The translations under genes were made by a program, and so were the position numbers. A DNA stretch of 64,000 nt from Octopus vulgaris (Eukaryota): positions 56,482,001-56,546,000 of the forward strand of contig OX597825.1 in assembly GCA_951406725.2 (NCBI GenBank), written 5' to 3'. The notes below the pieces were generated by a model. That model did not search any database. It was not told the DNA's origin and was given only the letters and a program-made list of their open reading frames with translations. Shown in pieces: positions 1 through 14,819 of the stretch; position 1 is the stretch's first letter, and every line of letters begins with the position of its first letter.

Positions 1-1110
1 CTTGTTGATCATATCTTGTCACCCAGACTTCTCACCGGACACACATCTCAGCTCGCTGCTAACTGAACGTATCAGTAGTTAGCCTTACCCTTCTTCATAT
101 CACCGACACTTGGTTGATAACAAAATATCTTATTGGACAAATCTGGTCTCAGGTCAGCACTCATGCGAATTGTTTTAATCAGATTCCAAGAATTTTCATT
201 CGTTTATTTTATTTTACAAAGAAAACTATTGGTCAGATTGCTGCTGGTATCGTTCAAAGTATTTGATGTATAGTTCATGGACGGCATTAGTTAGACTTTT
301 CATGACGTCATCACTCAATTTGAAAAATATCTTATTTTGCTGTTTATTAATTCTTCCAACTGAAAAACAATCTAGGTCGATTTAGAAGCAGAGAGCTGTA
401 ACATACACAAGGTGATTATTTACAAATGTTTTAATCGTTTTTCAGATGCTGAGAGTGGAATTAGACTGGCAATCGGCAGCGGTTCAAGGATTGGTTGTAC
501 GTATTTCTGACGTTAGAATTCACTAAGGCGTCCTTTCATTAGACGGGTGAGTTGTAAATACATATGAAGGAAAGCGGTTGGGAGAGTTTGGAATAAATAG
601 CCGACACGTATTACAACTCTTGAGAAGGTCGAAAGAGTCACTGAAAGTGTAAGGTGTTTTCCTTAGCTCAAATAACAGATTGTGCCTCAGTGCGGTATCA
701 TAAAGGAAGATACAGAATGAAGTTTTTCTTTCATGTTATATTTATATTCTTTAAAAATACTAACTGCGCAATAATATTATCCACTTTAAAATTTTATTGA
801 ATTTTTAAAAAAATTTTATAATCTACTGTTTAAACTATGTTTGACTTAGTGATGTGTGTGTATGTGAGCATGTGTGTGTGTGTGTATGTAGATTTGTGCA
901 AATAGAGATAAAAAAGAGAAGAGAGTGAGAGAGCGAGAGAGAGAGAGAGAGAGAGAGTAGATAAAAGAAACGAGACAAAATATAGAGTTTGATGAACAAT
1001 ATTTCCCTGACGTAGCTGTCTCTTCGAATTCTATTATTTAAAACTAAATATACTCAACCACACATGCGCTCACAGACACACACGCACAGATGCACATAAT
1101 ATAACAGTGA

Positions 1111-1126
1111 ATATATATGTATATGT

Positions 1127-1178
<52 letters not shown>

Positions 1179-1191
1179 ACATGTATGTATG

Positions 1192-1274
<83 letters not shown>

Positions 1275-1400
1275 GCATATATATATGTGTGTATGTGAGG
1301 TGTGTCTATATATATATATGTACATATCTATGTGTGCGTGTGTGTATACATATACATATATGTCTATACACACCTATACACGTATATAAATATATATATG
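1111..1400. repeat. (TA)n/(TG)n microsatellite mosaic
   Basis: Long TA runs with interspersed TATG/TG; source of the YIYI-type ORFs. Confidence 0.95.
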
Positions 1401-1480
1401 CACTAAGTAAAGAGATTGGTATATGGTAAGGCAGAGGAGATGAGAGAGCGCTGAATAAGTAGATAAAACACAGATTATCA

Positions 1481-1481
1481 T

Positions 1482-1515
<34 letters not shown>

Positions 1516-1516
1516 G

Positions 1517-1580
<64 letters not shown>

Positions 1581-1605
1581 CATAGATAGATACATTGATA
1601 GATAG
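1481..1605 (+). repeat. (GATA)n microsatellite
   Basis: Near-perfect GATA tandem run. Similar runs at ~3985-4050, 7653-7725, 11032-11141, 34545-34643 and 56658-56743. Confidence 0.95.
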
Positions 1606-1961
1606 CGTATGAAAACCCATAAATTCTAGATCAAGGTAGCAAATCTCATCAAGAACCCCACTTAATATATACAAACACACATCAATACACACATGCTCGT
1701 ACACACTCACACACACACACACACTCACACACACACATATACACACACACACTGGCGCCAACCCTCACCATCACGATCAAACTTATAATCCCTTCCGTTA
1801 TTTTAAAGGGATCGATGCGAAAAAAATCAAAGACTCCTGAATATCTGCTAGTACGGTCGCGAGTGAGCGTGCGTATGTGTGTATGTGTGTATGCATATGC
1901 ATATATATATGTATATGTGTGTATATATATATATATACGTAGATATATATACATATATATG

Positions 1962-1995
<34 letters not shown>

Positions 1996-2008
1996 ACGTA
2001 TATATATG

Positions 2009-2040
<32 letters not shown>

Positions 2041-2242
2041 CGTATATACGTATATATATATATATATATATATATACTCACACTCATGCGCATGCACACA
2101 CATATATGTATACACACATGCTAATAAATATGTCGCTATGATTTGGTGTGCATGTCTGTGTATCATACCTGTACATGTATATGCATATATGTATGTGTAG
2201 GGACGGTGTTTGTCTGTATGCATATGTATATGTGTGTATATA

Positions 2243-2285
<43 letters not shown>

Positions 2286-2557
2286 ATATATTTCTCTGTA
2301 TACTAATCAATACACACATACATGTTCGTGCATGTGTGTGTCTCTGTGTGTGTGCGCGCGTACGTGCGTTATTATGGAACAACAGAAGACCAAAATAAAA
2401 AGCCATTTGTTCATTAACAGCGGAATAATGTAGATATGCGTTTCTATATACATTTTCTGCTTTCAATATGGTCATCTTCAAACAGATTCCAAAATGTTTT
2501 TCCTGCCAGCATATATGAGCAACAAATAAATGGAAAGTCACTCATCTCATCAATCGA

Positions 2558-2566
2558 TTATTATTA

Positions 2567-2624
<58 letters not shown>

Positions 2625-2637
2625 CATCAGTATTATT

Positions 2638-2717
<80 letters not shown>

Positions 2718-3471
2718 GAGTAATAATATTTTGTGATTATTATTATATTATTTTGTTATTAACATTATTATTATTATTATTATCATTATTATTATTATTA
2801 TTACTATCATTGTTATTATTATTATTAGTAGTAGTATTTTTATTATTATTATTATTATTATCATTCTTATTATTGATACTGTTACTATTCCAGTTTTTAG
2901 TGTTGTTGTTGGTGGTGGTGGTGATGGTGGTGGTGGTGGTGTTGTTTTTGTTGTTGATGTTATTGTTTCTATTGATGTTGCTGTTGTTATTGCTATTGTT
3001 AGTGTTGTTGAGGATGCGTTGGTGGTGTTATAGAAATGGCATGTGCAAGACTACGCATCTTCTGATTGTGATGATAACGTCGTTGTTGTTGTTGCTGTTG
3101 TTATTAGTGGTGGTGGTGGTGGTAGGTGGCGGTGGTGGTGGTGGTGGTGGTGGTAGTAGTGGTGGTGGTCTTGGTCGTGGCGGCAGCGGTGACGGTGGCG
3201 GTGGTGGTGGTGGTGGTGGTATTGGTGGTGCCGGCGGTCCTCCCGTTATCATTATGGTTGGTGATGCTAATGATGTTGATTGTGATGATGATGATGATGA
3301 TGTTCCCGTTACCAACAGCTGGTGGTGTCGATGGTGAGGTCAGATGTGATTTTTGTGGTTGTTGTTGCGCTGTTGCTGTTGTCACCAAAACGGAATAGGC
3401 AAGGTTATAACTTAGCGGTCGTTGGAGGGGGTGGTGATGGTGATGGTGATGCTGATTGTAGTTGTTGTTGC

Positions 3472-3502
<31 letters not shown>
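2558..3502. repeat. Trinucleotide microsatellite mosaic (ATT, AAT, GTT, GGT, GAT)
   Basis: Successive trinucleotide runs; explains the poly-I/N/L/V/G/P ORFs. Confidence 0.95.
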
Positions 3503-3623
3503 ACCAAAACGGTATAGGCAAGGTTACACCTATGCTGCCTCGTCGTGTGACCCACGTGCATGGTTAGATTTTATTGTTATGTTCTATCTGAAAATAACTC
3601 GCTTTCCTATTTATATATGTATG

Positions 3624-3703
<80 letters not shown>

Positions 3704-3730
3704 TACATATATATACACATATAAAGTTAG

Positions 3731-3763
<33 letters not shown>

Positions 3764-4002
3764 CGATTTATCTATAAATATAACTATATAACTACCATTC
3801 TCTTTCTCTTTCATTCGCCTCTTCCCCTCTCCACCTCCAATCTTTCTTTATGTATATCTATAACTTCCTATCTATATGCATACTCGTACCCCCTTGAATA
3901 GGCACAAACACATTCATACAGAGAGCCAGACAGACAGACGGGCAGACAGGCAGACAGGCAGACAGACAGACAGATAGATCGATAGATAGATAGCTCGATA
4001 GG

Positions 4003-4054
<52 letters not shown>

Positions 4055-4244
4055 CAGATAAATGCTTAAATACATATATGCATACATCGTTATATGTATA
4101 GAACAATAGACATATAAAATATATAATGTAAACGTAATGTATTGAAAATCAAATGCTTACTTCAATGTTCTGGCTGAAGAAGCTCTGGGACGTTTGTTTA
4201 GTCGCGTTCATGTCGCAGAAACATGGTCCATGTCCAGGGAGTAT

Positions 4245-4275
<31 letters not shown>

Positions 4276-4719
4276 TATACATACATAATTACATACTAGC
4301 ACGCACATGTACACACATACACGCAGACATGCATAATTTCTTGATGTTGTACGCCTTGGCTTGCTTTACCCATCATTAAGTTTGCATCCTATATTTTATG
4401 TGTATTGTTACATATACATATATGCATACTTACTTACCTATGTGTATACATGAGTACACACACACATACACACACATATATATATAATTATATTATATGC
4501 ATATATATAATTATATATGATATACATGCATACATACATACATGCATACATACATATATATATATATATATGTGAAATTCATTTGAGGTCTATTGATTTT
4601 TTCTAACTTTTCGTGGTAATTCGGCGATACGGCTTTGTCTGTCTATCTCTTTCTCTCTCTTTCTGTTTCTCTCCCTCTCTCCCTCTCTCCCTTTCTTTCT
4701 CTCTCTCTCTCTCTCTCTT

Positions 4720-4773
<54 letters not shown>

Positions 4774-4875
4774 ATTTGTATGTATGTTCAAACTTTATTT
4801 GAAATTTATTGATTTTTCTTGTTAACCTCTCATGGCGATTCATCTGCATACACACACACGCATGCACACACTAAC

Positions 4876-4931
<56 letters not shown>

Positions 4932-5017
4932 GCATGCACCTTTATATGTGTATATATACACACATGCACACATATACATATATACGCATATACCAATATA
5001 AACATATATGTACCTAA

Positions 5018-5085
<68 letters not shown>

Positions 5086-5899
5086 AACTTTATGTGAGAT
5101 TTATTGATTTTTTTCTGTTAACTTTTCATACCGATTCATCCTGGTTGTATTTGAGGAATATTTTTACAGAAATTGCTCTAATTTTATGATTTAAGTTTAT
5201 ATAAATAATTGTTGAAATCATTTATGTTGAGTTTTCTGTCTCTAAAGAGTTCTGCTTGATTTTCACGACATTTCGAATTCGTTTATGATACGAGCCTGTT
5301 TTACTTTACGTCAGTCATGGGTATTTAAACAAATCTCTTTTTATCAAAGGCCCTTCAGATTCCTGTCGTTAAATATCATAGACGAGAGGTTATTGACTCA
5401 CATTCATCTTGTGGAACCATGAAGCCAAGTCAATGTCCTGCTTATATTTATACAATTTACTTTAATCTCATTTTATTTTATTATATTTTCTCTATTCGTT
5501 TGTTTTTTCATTTTATTAGTTTTAGTTTTGTATTATATATGTTATGTATGTAAACACACATATATGCATGTATATATGTATTTATATATACATATATTTG
5601 TTTGTATATATATATATATATATTTGTGTATATGTATATACATATATATGTTTTTATGTAGGTGTATACATATGTGTATGTGTGTGTCTGTGTGTGCGTG
5701 TGTTTGCGTGTGTGTGTGTGTGTGCATATGGATGTTTATTTGTATATATGTATATATATATATACCACTGACTGGGTTACGAAAGGAGGCCTGGGTTATA
5801 AAATATTTAATGCCAAATTCGAATGCTTACTTTGACTTTCCCAAAGAAACGGCCTCAGTATGCTTCAAGATTTTGCCTCTCTCCCAAAACGACGGCTTC

Positions 5900-7150
5900 C
5901 TCATAAGAAAACCAGTGAGGATAAATGAAGTTCTGGACGGACAGTTCAAAAGTATTTTTATTACCCCTTTAGGACACAACGAAGTGAACAGACCAGCAGA
6001 GTTCTTTACCTCTGCAACTGTAACCTGAGACGCGTCAGCAATTGATTACATGGACATTAAAGTAATACAGGCCATAGATGAGGTAGACGCAAATTCAGCA
6101 GCTAGCGCTGATAGATTCCCAACAATTCTTCTCAAATCATGTAAAGGAGACTTTTGAAAAGACATATGTCAAGTAGTGATGACTAATAGAGACACCTCTA
6201 AAGAAACACAAATAGTCAGTGGTGTTCCATAATGCACTGTCTTGGGCCCACTTCTATTCAGAGTGGTCCTCTCAGATATGCCCTCAGCTATTCAGATAAC
6301 CACCTTTACTCGTTATGCAGATGACATAGCTAGCAAAAGAAGTCAGAACTCTGGGGTTATTGTGCGCTAGCAGCAGGTGTTGGAAGCAATATATAAGTGG
6401 GTTTAAAACAATAATATGCAGTTTAATGCTGAAAACTTCCAAGTGACGCGCTACCAGTACTCAAAGCTGAATGGAATTCAGACAGGATACACTGGCTCAA
6501 GCAGGATTGCAGTCTCTGAATCAAAATCGGAGGACATTGGCATGAGTAATGATACATCTTCCCAGGTGAGTATTACTAAATTAGCAATAAAATTCATACC
6601 GCTGGCCGGATGGATCCTCAGAACTTTCAGAACGAGAGAATAGAAATCAGGATGGTCCTCTGGAAGACATTTGTCCTCAGGCGCTTAGACTACTACTCCC
6701 AACTATAGACACTACATATGGAAAATCAATGGTGGAACTCGAAGCAATCAAGCAAAGCTACAATCCAGCGACGATCATCTCAATACAACATGTCAGCCAA
6801 TAGGAAATTCTGAAAAAAATAAGACTCTACATATTAGAATGAAGGCGGGAAGGAAATGCAGTGATATACACATGGCAAATCGTGAAATGAGTTGCACTAA
6901 CGTTTGGCATTGAAAGTTACATAAACAGAAGAGAAGAGCATTATTGCATAGTGCCAAAGATCGCAACATGGTCATCAAGATACAGAACCAGATACTGCAA
7001 CAGCTTTTATGGGTCTACAGCCCATCAATATCCTCCCAAAAAAATCTGAGAAACCTGCATGTGGTGTGTGTAGGTTCCTTGAAAACTAAACTGAATCTCC
7101 CCTTTCAAGATTTTCCGGGTGAACTCACCTCGTGCAGGAAGTGCAGAAGT
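5900..7150 (+). mobile_element. Decayed CR1/L2-group non-LTR retrotransposon, reverse transcriptase fragment
   Basis: In one frame, 6218 onward reads SGVP*CTVLGPLLF and 6314-6325 reads YADD. Upstream ...SADRFPTILLKSC and downstream MQFNAENFQV...WILRTFRTR also fit RT. Stops, frameshifts and an internal deletion near 6150-6170. Confidence 0.85.
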
Positions 7151-7279
7151 GTCATAGTGTAAAATGGGAAACAGATTAGGTTTATGCATGGAAAGAAAAG
7201 CTTAGCTCAGGTAATAATGTCATGCAAAAAAAAAACACATTACAGTAAGTGACTCTCTGTTTTCCTTTCTTTTTCTAGT

Positions 7280-7640
7280 TCACAGGACTATGCTCAAGGT
7301 GGCTCCGTCATTCACACGTGCCATCCTTGCTACATTCACCCATCTTTTTTTCGAAACATTCACTAGACAAAACTTCCCTCACTACTCTCACCTTGCTCTT
7401 CAAGTGATACTTGAAGAAGTTGATGAGAGATTGACCAGAGAGGAAAGTGTTTGTCTCGCGACCTTTCGGACGCGTCCACCATACACATTCTCTCGCCATA
7501 GTCATAAATACGATGAAAAAGGCTTTTCCTTCCCGTTTCAACGAAGGATATGCGACAATATTCACTATAGACTCGGTTGATAAACTGACTCGTCCCACAC
7601 GTGATAGCAGTCGTTAGGCCCACATAGGCCCACAGGTCGG
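7280..7640 (-). mobile_element. Possible highly decayed mariner transposase fragment
   Basis: Across frameshifts the minus strand reads LKREGKAF/FHRI/MT..E, resembling the mariner EG..FLHRIVTGDE motif. No TIR pair identified. Confidence 0.35.
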
Positions 7641-7652
7641 AAATGGTTGGAA

Positions 7653-7726
<74 letters not shown>

Positions 7727-8297
7727 GATAGATGATTTTTATTGGTATTATTATATTGTGTTCACCACCAACCCGGTTTAGTTGCGATATAAGCAACATA
7801 CACCCAAATTCATGAACACAGCCAGAGGCACGGACACGACTTCGTTAGCGTTACTGTTGAAGTCTGGGGAATAAAGGTACCAATTTCTATATAAATCTGA
7901 AATCGTTGTGATATGCGAAATGGTATTACCAATTTCTGAAACTCTACTCTCAACACACCAGGGAAAGTTTAGAAATATTGTTTCATCTGTTAACATCATG
8001 AATCACTGTTGAGAATTCATCTTTCGAAAGATATGCCGCTTCATATTTTTTAAGAACATCAAACATCAGAAACGTTAATCCTACAATAGTTTCATTTACA
8101 TTTCACTCGGTTTTATCCATAAATATTAGCCTTGAAGTATCTTTACTCCACATAAAACATAAGATAAGATTATATACTTCCCTATATAGTTAAACTATCC
8201 ATCACACCTCCCGAATCCAAGCCTTTCTTCCCTCTCCTACTAGCTTATTCTTTTCCTACCACTTTTTCCATTTTCTCTTATCGCACACAACTTACTA

Positions 8298-8700
8298 TTG
8301 CTACACGGACAGACTCCCTGGAATGTAGGAGGGCTATTGATTAGCATTCCATCACTAGCGATCTCTTCCCAACCTCTGGTCCTTATACACGCTGTCTCCT
8401 CTCTTTGTCTTTTCTATCACTTGTATATTGGCCTCTGTTCTTCAGAGCTGACGGGTCTCGTACCTCTATCATTCGTGTACCTGCGAAACACTCACCTTTC
8501 CACCGTTCGATATCCTTATTGTATACACCTTCGCAACTCCTGGTCCCGCACAAGCACCTGCGTCGAATTCCCCCCACCCACACACACACACGCACACACA
8601 CCAAATATCTGACATCTAGTATCTTCTTCCCGCTCGTGTCTCTCCTGCAAGCGTTGACCTGTAACAGTTCAATTAAGTGAACCTCAGTGACAGAACCTGC
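8298..8700 (+). mobile_element. 3' end of a CR1/Jockey-group LINE (RT C-terminal region)
   Basis: ORF 8298-8612 has QPLVLIHAVSSLCLFYHLYIGLCSSELTGLVP...YPYC...RT, matching the conserved QPL..RR.V.SL.LFY.Y..G.CS.EL..LVP C-terminal LINE motif. Confidence 0.65.
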
Positions 8701-9566
8701 AATAGATTTGATTGGTTGGAGATCTACTTCCAGTCAATCCAAATCATGTGGTTTGCACATCAGAGACCATCTCAACCAATCAGTATATTCGCTGCTTACG
8801 CGTATGTTTTTTGTCTTTTGTTTTTTTGTTTTTTTCTAAATAAGTTCTACATCAGATAACTAAAGTTCGGCATAGCGAAAGATGAAAATTAGAACCGTGC
8901 GAGTGATACTCCAGATTCAATTAAACTCATCCCTATTAATGGTAAATCATTACCACTTCGAAACCTTCTCAGGCTCCCCTTTTTAATGATATGTGACGTT
9001 GATAGTGGCTCACCTATTACCAGGTTTCTAACAATGAATAATATTGTGATGGTATTTCTTGTACATACTTGTATGCGCTTACATGTATGCATGCGTGCGT
9101 GTGCTGTACATGTATGTATGTATGTATGGATGGATGGATGGATGGATGGATGGATGGATGGATGGATTTACGTACATATTTATGTATGTAATGACACTAC
9201 GATAACGACAAGAATCACAAGACAGATTTAAAGATATTAGTTTCACGATGAGGGAAATGAAAATATGTTTTTGACGTGAAACGTTCGCCTTGAAATTGGA
9301 ACAAAAAGAAGGATTCATATTTTTATTGGCTGAAAGAGTGTACATTGAGAGAAAAAATCTAAGAACCTACAGAAGGAAACATTCATTTCGAATGAATAAC
9401 TAAACCCTACTGAATAATCTTTATGGACATACCTCTCGTTTGCATATAATGTAATATAAAGAAAGAGAGAGAGCGAAACAGAGAAGAGAGACAGGCAGAC
9501 AAACAAATTGAGGTGGAGGTAGAGATAGATAGATAGATAGATAGATAGGTAGGTAGCTAGATCTGC

Positions 9567-9676
<110 letters not shown>

Positions 9677-9683
9677 TACATAC

Positions 9684-9737
<54 letters not shown>

Positions 9738-10339
9738 TATGCGTGTAAATATGTATCTACATCTAGACACCCACGCAAACACAACATACCCACACGCATG
9801 CATACACACATACGCACACACATCCCGGTAGGAACTGAACCGAAATGAAAATTCCATGCTTTTATACTTTCATATTATTTCTATAGAAGAACGCGACTAT
9901 TCCAAGTGTATTCCCATAAGTCTGTCTGCCATTCCAATAGAAAACATGCTTGAATACTGGCTTCGTTAAGGGTCACCTTTTATTATAGATTTGCAATTCT
10001 ACAATTCATTCGCCACATTTGGCCCTATTCCGCTGAGAAGCAACAAAGAGGAATGGAAGAAATAGCGTGGAAGCAGGAAAATCATTTGATAAACACAACA
10101 CTGTGAATTGGTATGCATTGGTTTTCAGAGAATTTCAGAGTAAATTTGTCTTCTAAATATATTGAGGAAAGCCATTCACATCGACCCATGTCCAGTGAAG
10201 CAACTACGAACCTTCCTTTCAATCTTAACTTGAATTAATCCAACTAATTGAATAAGACCAATTAACATCAGTGATTCAGTTAAGCAATTACACACATATA
10301 GACACACATACAAAAAAACACCTACTCATATACAGACGT

Positions 10340-10344
10340 ATATA

Positions 10345-10407
<63 letters not shown>

Positions 10408-10556
10408 ATATACATGTATACATATATATACATATATATATATATACATACATATATATATATGTATATATGTATATATATATATACACACATGTATATA
10501 TATATATATATACATATATACATGTATACATATATATATACATACATATAGATATA

Positions 10557-10600
<44 letters not shown>

Positions 10601-10921
10601 CACATACATGTGTGTGAGTGTGTGCGCATCTAGGTATGCATATGCGTAGATATATAAACATATATATATATATGCGCGTACATATATATGCACATGTAGA
10701 AGTATATATGTGCGTGTATGTGGCCATGTATGTTTAAATGTATGCATGCATGTACTGATATATTATCCATTTTTCTCTTTCCACGCATGTGTGTGTGAGT
10801 GTGATACATATGTAGTGTATGTATATAAAATTGTGTATACATGTATAAATGAGCATGCATGCATATATGTGTGTACGTGTATATATGTGTATGCATGTAT
10901 ATGTGAGCACGTATGAACACA

Positions 10922-10963
<42 letters not shown>

Positions 10964-10990
10964 CATATATATATACATAGATATATACGC
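10340..10990. repeat. Compound (TA)n/(TACA)n/(TG)n microsatellite
   Basis: Direct inspection. Confidence 0.95.
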
Positions 10991-11030
10991 TATACTCATA
11001 TACAAGGATGTATGAATGCATGCATGCATG

Positions 11031-11062
<32 letters not shown>

Positions 11063-11063
11063 C

Positions 11064-11142
<79 letters not shown>

Positions 11143-11589
11143 TTCTATGTGGACAGATTTGACTCTGTTTATGTATACTTGCGTATGAAAGCATGCATGG
11201 CTATGAGAATTGGTGCATGTGCTCATTCATGTATGTAAATATACTTACGTACACACATACACACACACACACATATACATACATACACATACATATGTAT
11301 ACATTGGTTTCCACTTCTGCTTTCGTCACAAGCGGTTTAGTTATCCAATCACATGCGAGTGACATGTCAAAATGAATTAATGTAGAAGCTGCAACGAAAG
11401 ATATTTGCTGTGCAACACAGCTCAGCTGCTATGCAACATTGACGGTGCATTACAGTGCAGCTAGATGAAGCAGGTGGGAATACAGTGCAGAATGCTTTTT
11501 AGCCAATATTGCAGCGATAGTAATGCTGTTTCTTATTGGTTCTTTTGCAACATAGTCTAACTCGATTGAATCAGTTCGTACAGCAGGTG

Positions 11590-11755
11590 GTGGTGTTGTT
11601 TATTTAGCCCTAGGTCTGTCCTGCCTGAATAGATCAATGATCAAAGGCCTTCCAGCCATAGCTATCACTTATTTTTATATTATCCAACGTATCATTCCTA
11701 TTTTTAAATAGGAGTTAATTTAAGGGAATTTAATTGCTATTTCTTTTGTTTGGTT
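11590..11755 (+). mobile_element. Dispersed repeat 'family C' (probable SINE segment)
   Basis: tttagccctaggtc...tgatcaaaggccttccagccat...ttgctatttct. Diverged reverse-complement copies at ~13520-13690, ~23965-24165 and ~35900-36065. Confidence 0.55.
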
Positions 11756-11809
11756 GCTTGTACATGTCAGTCTAAATTTTATTAAATATATATTAATGTG
11801 CTAACGTTA

Positions 11810-12080
11810 TATCTAATTAGTGATTTTTAATACCATTATTTAGTAAGGTTAGAAATGACTGACAGTTATTACTTGTAATTAATTAGGTTAGCTATAATTA
11901 TGATAGTTATTGCTACTAATTAGATTAGTAATAACTGTGGTAGTTATTACTACTAATTAATATGGTTAGTAATAACTGTGATAGTTATTATCACTAATTA
12001 GTAAGATTAGCAAAAAATTGTAATTGTTATTACTTTTAATTAATTACGTTACCAGTAACTGTAATTGTTATTACATTTAA
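11810..12080 (+). repeat. ~39-bp diverged minisatellite, about 7 copies
   Basis: Recurring unit approximately taattagtaaggttagtaataactgtgatagttattact(t/a)c. Confidence 0.75.
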
Positions 12081-12083
12081 TTC

Positions 12084-12300
12084 AAAGAGGTAGACTGGCA
12101 GAATCATTAGCACGCCGGACAAAAAGCTTAGCGGCACTTCTTCCGGCTTTACATTCTGAGTTCAAATTCTATCGAGTCTGACTTTGCCTTCCATCTTCTT
12201 GGGATCGATAAAGTAAGTACCAGTCGAGAACTAGAGTCGATTTAATCGACTATCGCTCTGCCACAAAATTTAAGGTATTTTGCCTATAATAGAAATAGTT
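12084..12300 (+). mobile_element. tRNA-headed SINE, family A
   Basis: Head ...ctggcagaatcattagcacgccgg, B-box-like gagttcaaattc, body gactttgccttccatc...gataaagtaagtaccag. The family recurs more than 12 times in the window. Confidence 0.85.
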
Positions 12301-13759
12301 ATATCTAATATGCGCGGTTAGCAATAATTATTATATCTACATCTAATTAATCACCATTATTAGCCATCGTCTTATTGAGTACCCTGGTCTAAATTATAGT
12401 GAACGATTGTCAATTATATTCTAATTATAGTTCATTATTATATATTATCGTAGTTTAATTAGATATTCATAGTCGAACGTTATAATGACTAATTAGCTAG
12501 TAACCACTTATGGTCACTTTGGTTTGAGTACATAGCGTAGTCGAACATTATGTTGTAAATATACAGCACAGTCTGTTTACTTAATAAAACAACTAAGAAT
12601 AGCTTGTTTATCATGACCTAATTAGAAGGCTTCGTGTAATTAGATAATCTGGTCTAATTACCGGGCCAGATCAAATTAGGGAACTTGGTAAGTAGGGCAC
12701 CTGACCTAATTAGAGAATTGTGTGTCATTAACTGATCTTATCTAATCAATATGACCAGTATACTATTATAAAATAATCTAATTTAATTAAAGATCTATGT
12801 CTGAAGAGACATAGTTAAGATTCTAGTGTAATTAGAGAATATTTTCTAATTAGAAGTTCCAGTATAATTAAAGACAATACTCTAATTTGAAAACTAGGTC
12901 TAAATGAAGTTCTAAGTCTAACTGGAGATCCTGCTCTACTCAAAAAGCCTAACCTGTCCAGCAGCATATTTTGAGTTTCTTTTCTAATTACATAACAATC
13001 TAATAAGATAACAATTATTGAGTATATTTAGTATATTCTATCTTAATAGTAGGGTGTAGACTAAGTGAATAATATGGTCTATTTAGAGTATAGATAAATT
13101 GAATGCTAGGTTCTAACTGTACTATAGAGCATAACTATGTAATATTTTATACTTAGATGAATTCGTAGAATCTTCAATCAAATCTATTGCCACACTCTAT
13201 ATAGTTTTCAATAAAGTTAAACTTACCAGTAAATAGCTAGAAGACGACACCTCCATCTAATGCGTCCCATACATTTGCAGATCATATAAAGGAAGCCTGA
13301 AAGTTCCCCTAAAGGTCAGAATAGATCAATATTGGAAAGCCATAATCAGAGGAGAAATATGTAAGTCATGAATGGCGGAACAAATATGCTGAGCGAAAGG
13401 AAATTATGAAATGTTCTGGAATGAAAATGTCCATAATTAATAGAGAAAATTAGAAAATCAAACAAGCTGTAGATATAACACTAGTTCATGAAAGACAATA
13501 AGGGAACCTTTCTAGAGTTGTTCAACTGGCTAGAAATAGCAACCAATCTCACTCAAATTACAACATGCTCGTCTTGAAAAAAGAGACAAAGATAATATGA
13601 TCATGTATGCTGCGAGAAAACGACAGAATGGTTATTGATGTGCGCCTTTAACTATAGATTTGTAGAATCAAGGTTGACATGAGTTAAACACCAAGAATAC
13701 CTATTGGTGATTCAATTAATAAGCTCACATCAGCTCAACATGGCTGCCAATAATGCATG

Positions 13760-13925
13760 ATCACTTCTGGGTTTTTACGTTCTGAGTTCAAATACTAACG
13801 AGTCAAATTTGCCTCTCATCCCCTTAGAGTGTATAAAATAAAGTACCAGTGGAATTCTGGAGGCGATGGTATTGATAAATCCTTCTACTCAAAATTACTT
13901 GCAGTGTACCTAAATCCAAAAAGTT
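13760..13925 (+). mobile_element. SINE family A, diverged
   Basis: tttacgttctgagttcaaat...tttgcctctcatcc...aaagtaccagt. Confidence 0.7.
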
Positions 13926-14756
13926 ATTCAATGATATATGAAATAATCTCAAACCGATAAAAGATCGTTAAGCTACCTTGCGGTGTTCGTTCCAGCTCTC
14001 TACACACTATAGTCTGTTGGCAACATCTGCAATGACACTGGTCCCACAGTATGTCAGCCTTAAATCGGTGGCTTTTCATTGGAGTACATCGGTGATGAGG
14101 AAATGAAAGACCTGCCATGCGTGACAACTGTTGATAGTCCATGAAAACATCTTCAACCCAGATATACAAAGTACAATGCACACACACACACTGTATTTCA
14201 TATAGTAATGCTGTTGACGCAGATTCGTAATCAGTCTGCCTTGCAAAGATCAGCGAAACACGTGTAAAGATGGTATGAATAAATAATTTCATTATATATA
14301 TGAATATATTCTCCAAGCTTGACTTTTGAGAGTGTACTCTGTAAACTTTCTAAGGAAAACCTTAATAAGAAGTTTCGCCGGAACAGCATCAATTCTTTTC
14401 AGTCTCTTTTATAACATTATGGAGAAGCACATGGAATTCTAGGGTATAGGCTATGCGTCCATATAAACCTCAAAATGCATACACACTCACGCGTATACAC
14501 ACACACAAACACAAAAACACACACATACAGTATAAAAACATGGGACACTCATGCAATACCAGTAACTCACTTGCCATCGCGAAACAACGTATCCGCTGTT
14601 GTGTAGAGCCATCAAAGAAAGGACAGCTTTTGGTATATTGCTCTTTGATTGGCGAGGACATGTTCCTCAAGGTGTAATCGATACTGTATATGTATGTGTA
14701 TTATCAAAATGTTAAGAATACACACGCACGCGAGTGCACTCATATATATATATGTA

Positions 14757-14816
<60 letters not shown>

Positions 14817-14819
<3 letters not shown>

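Noticed and set aside
446-546. Candidate exon (tttttcag ... gtgagt)
   Set aside because: All three frames contain stops and there is no supporting neighbouring exon; a non-coding exon cannot be excluded.
2753-3337. 194-aa Leu/Val/Gly-rich ORF resembling a membrane or Gly-rich protein
   Set aside because: It is a trinucleotide microsatellite mosaic with a non-ATG start.
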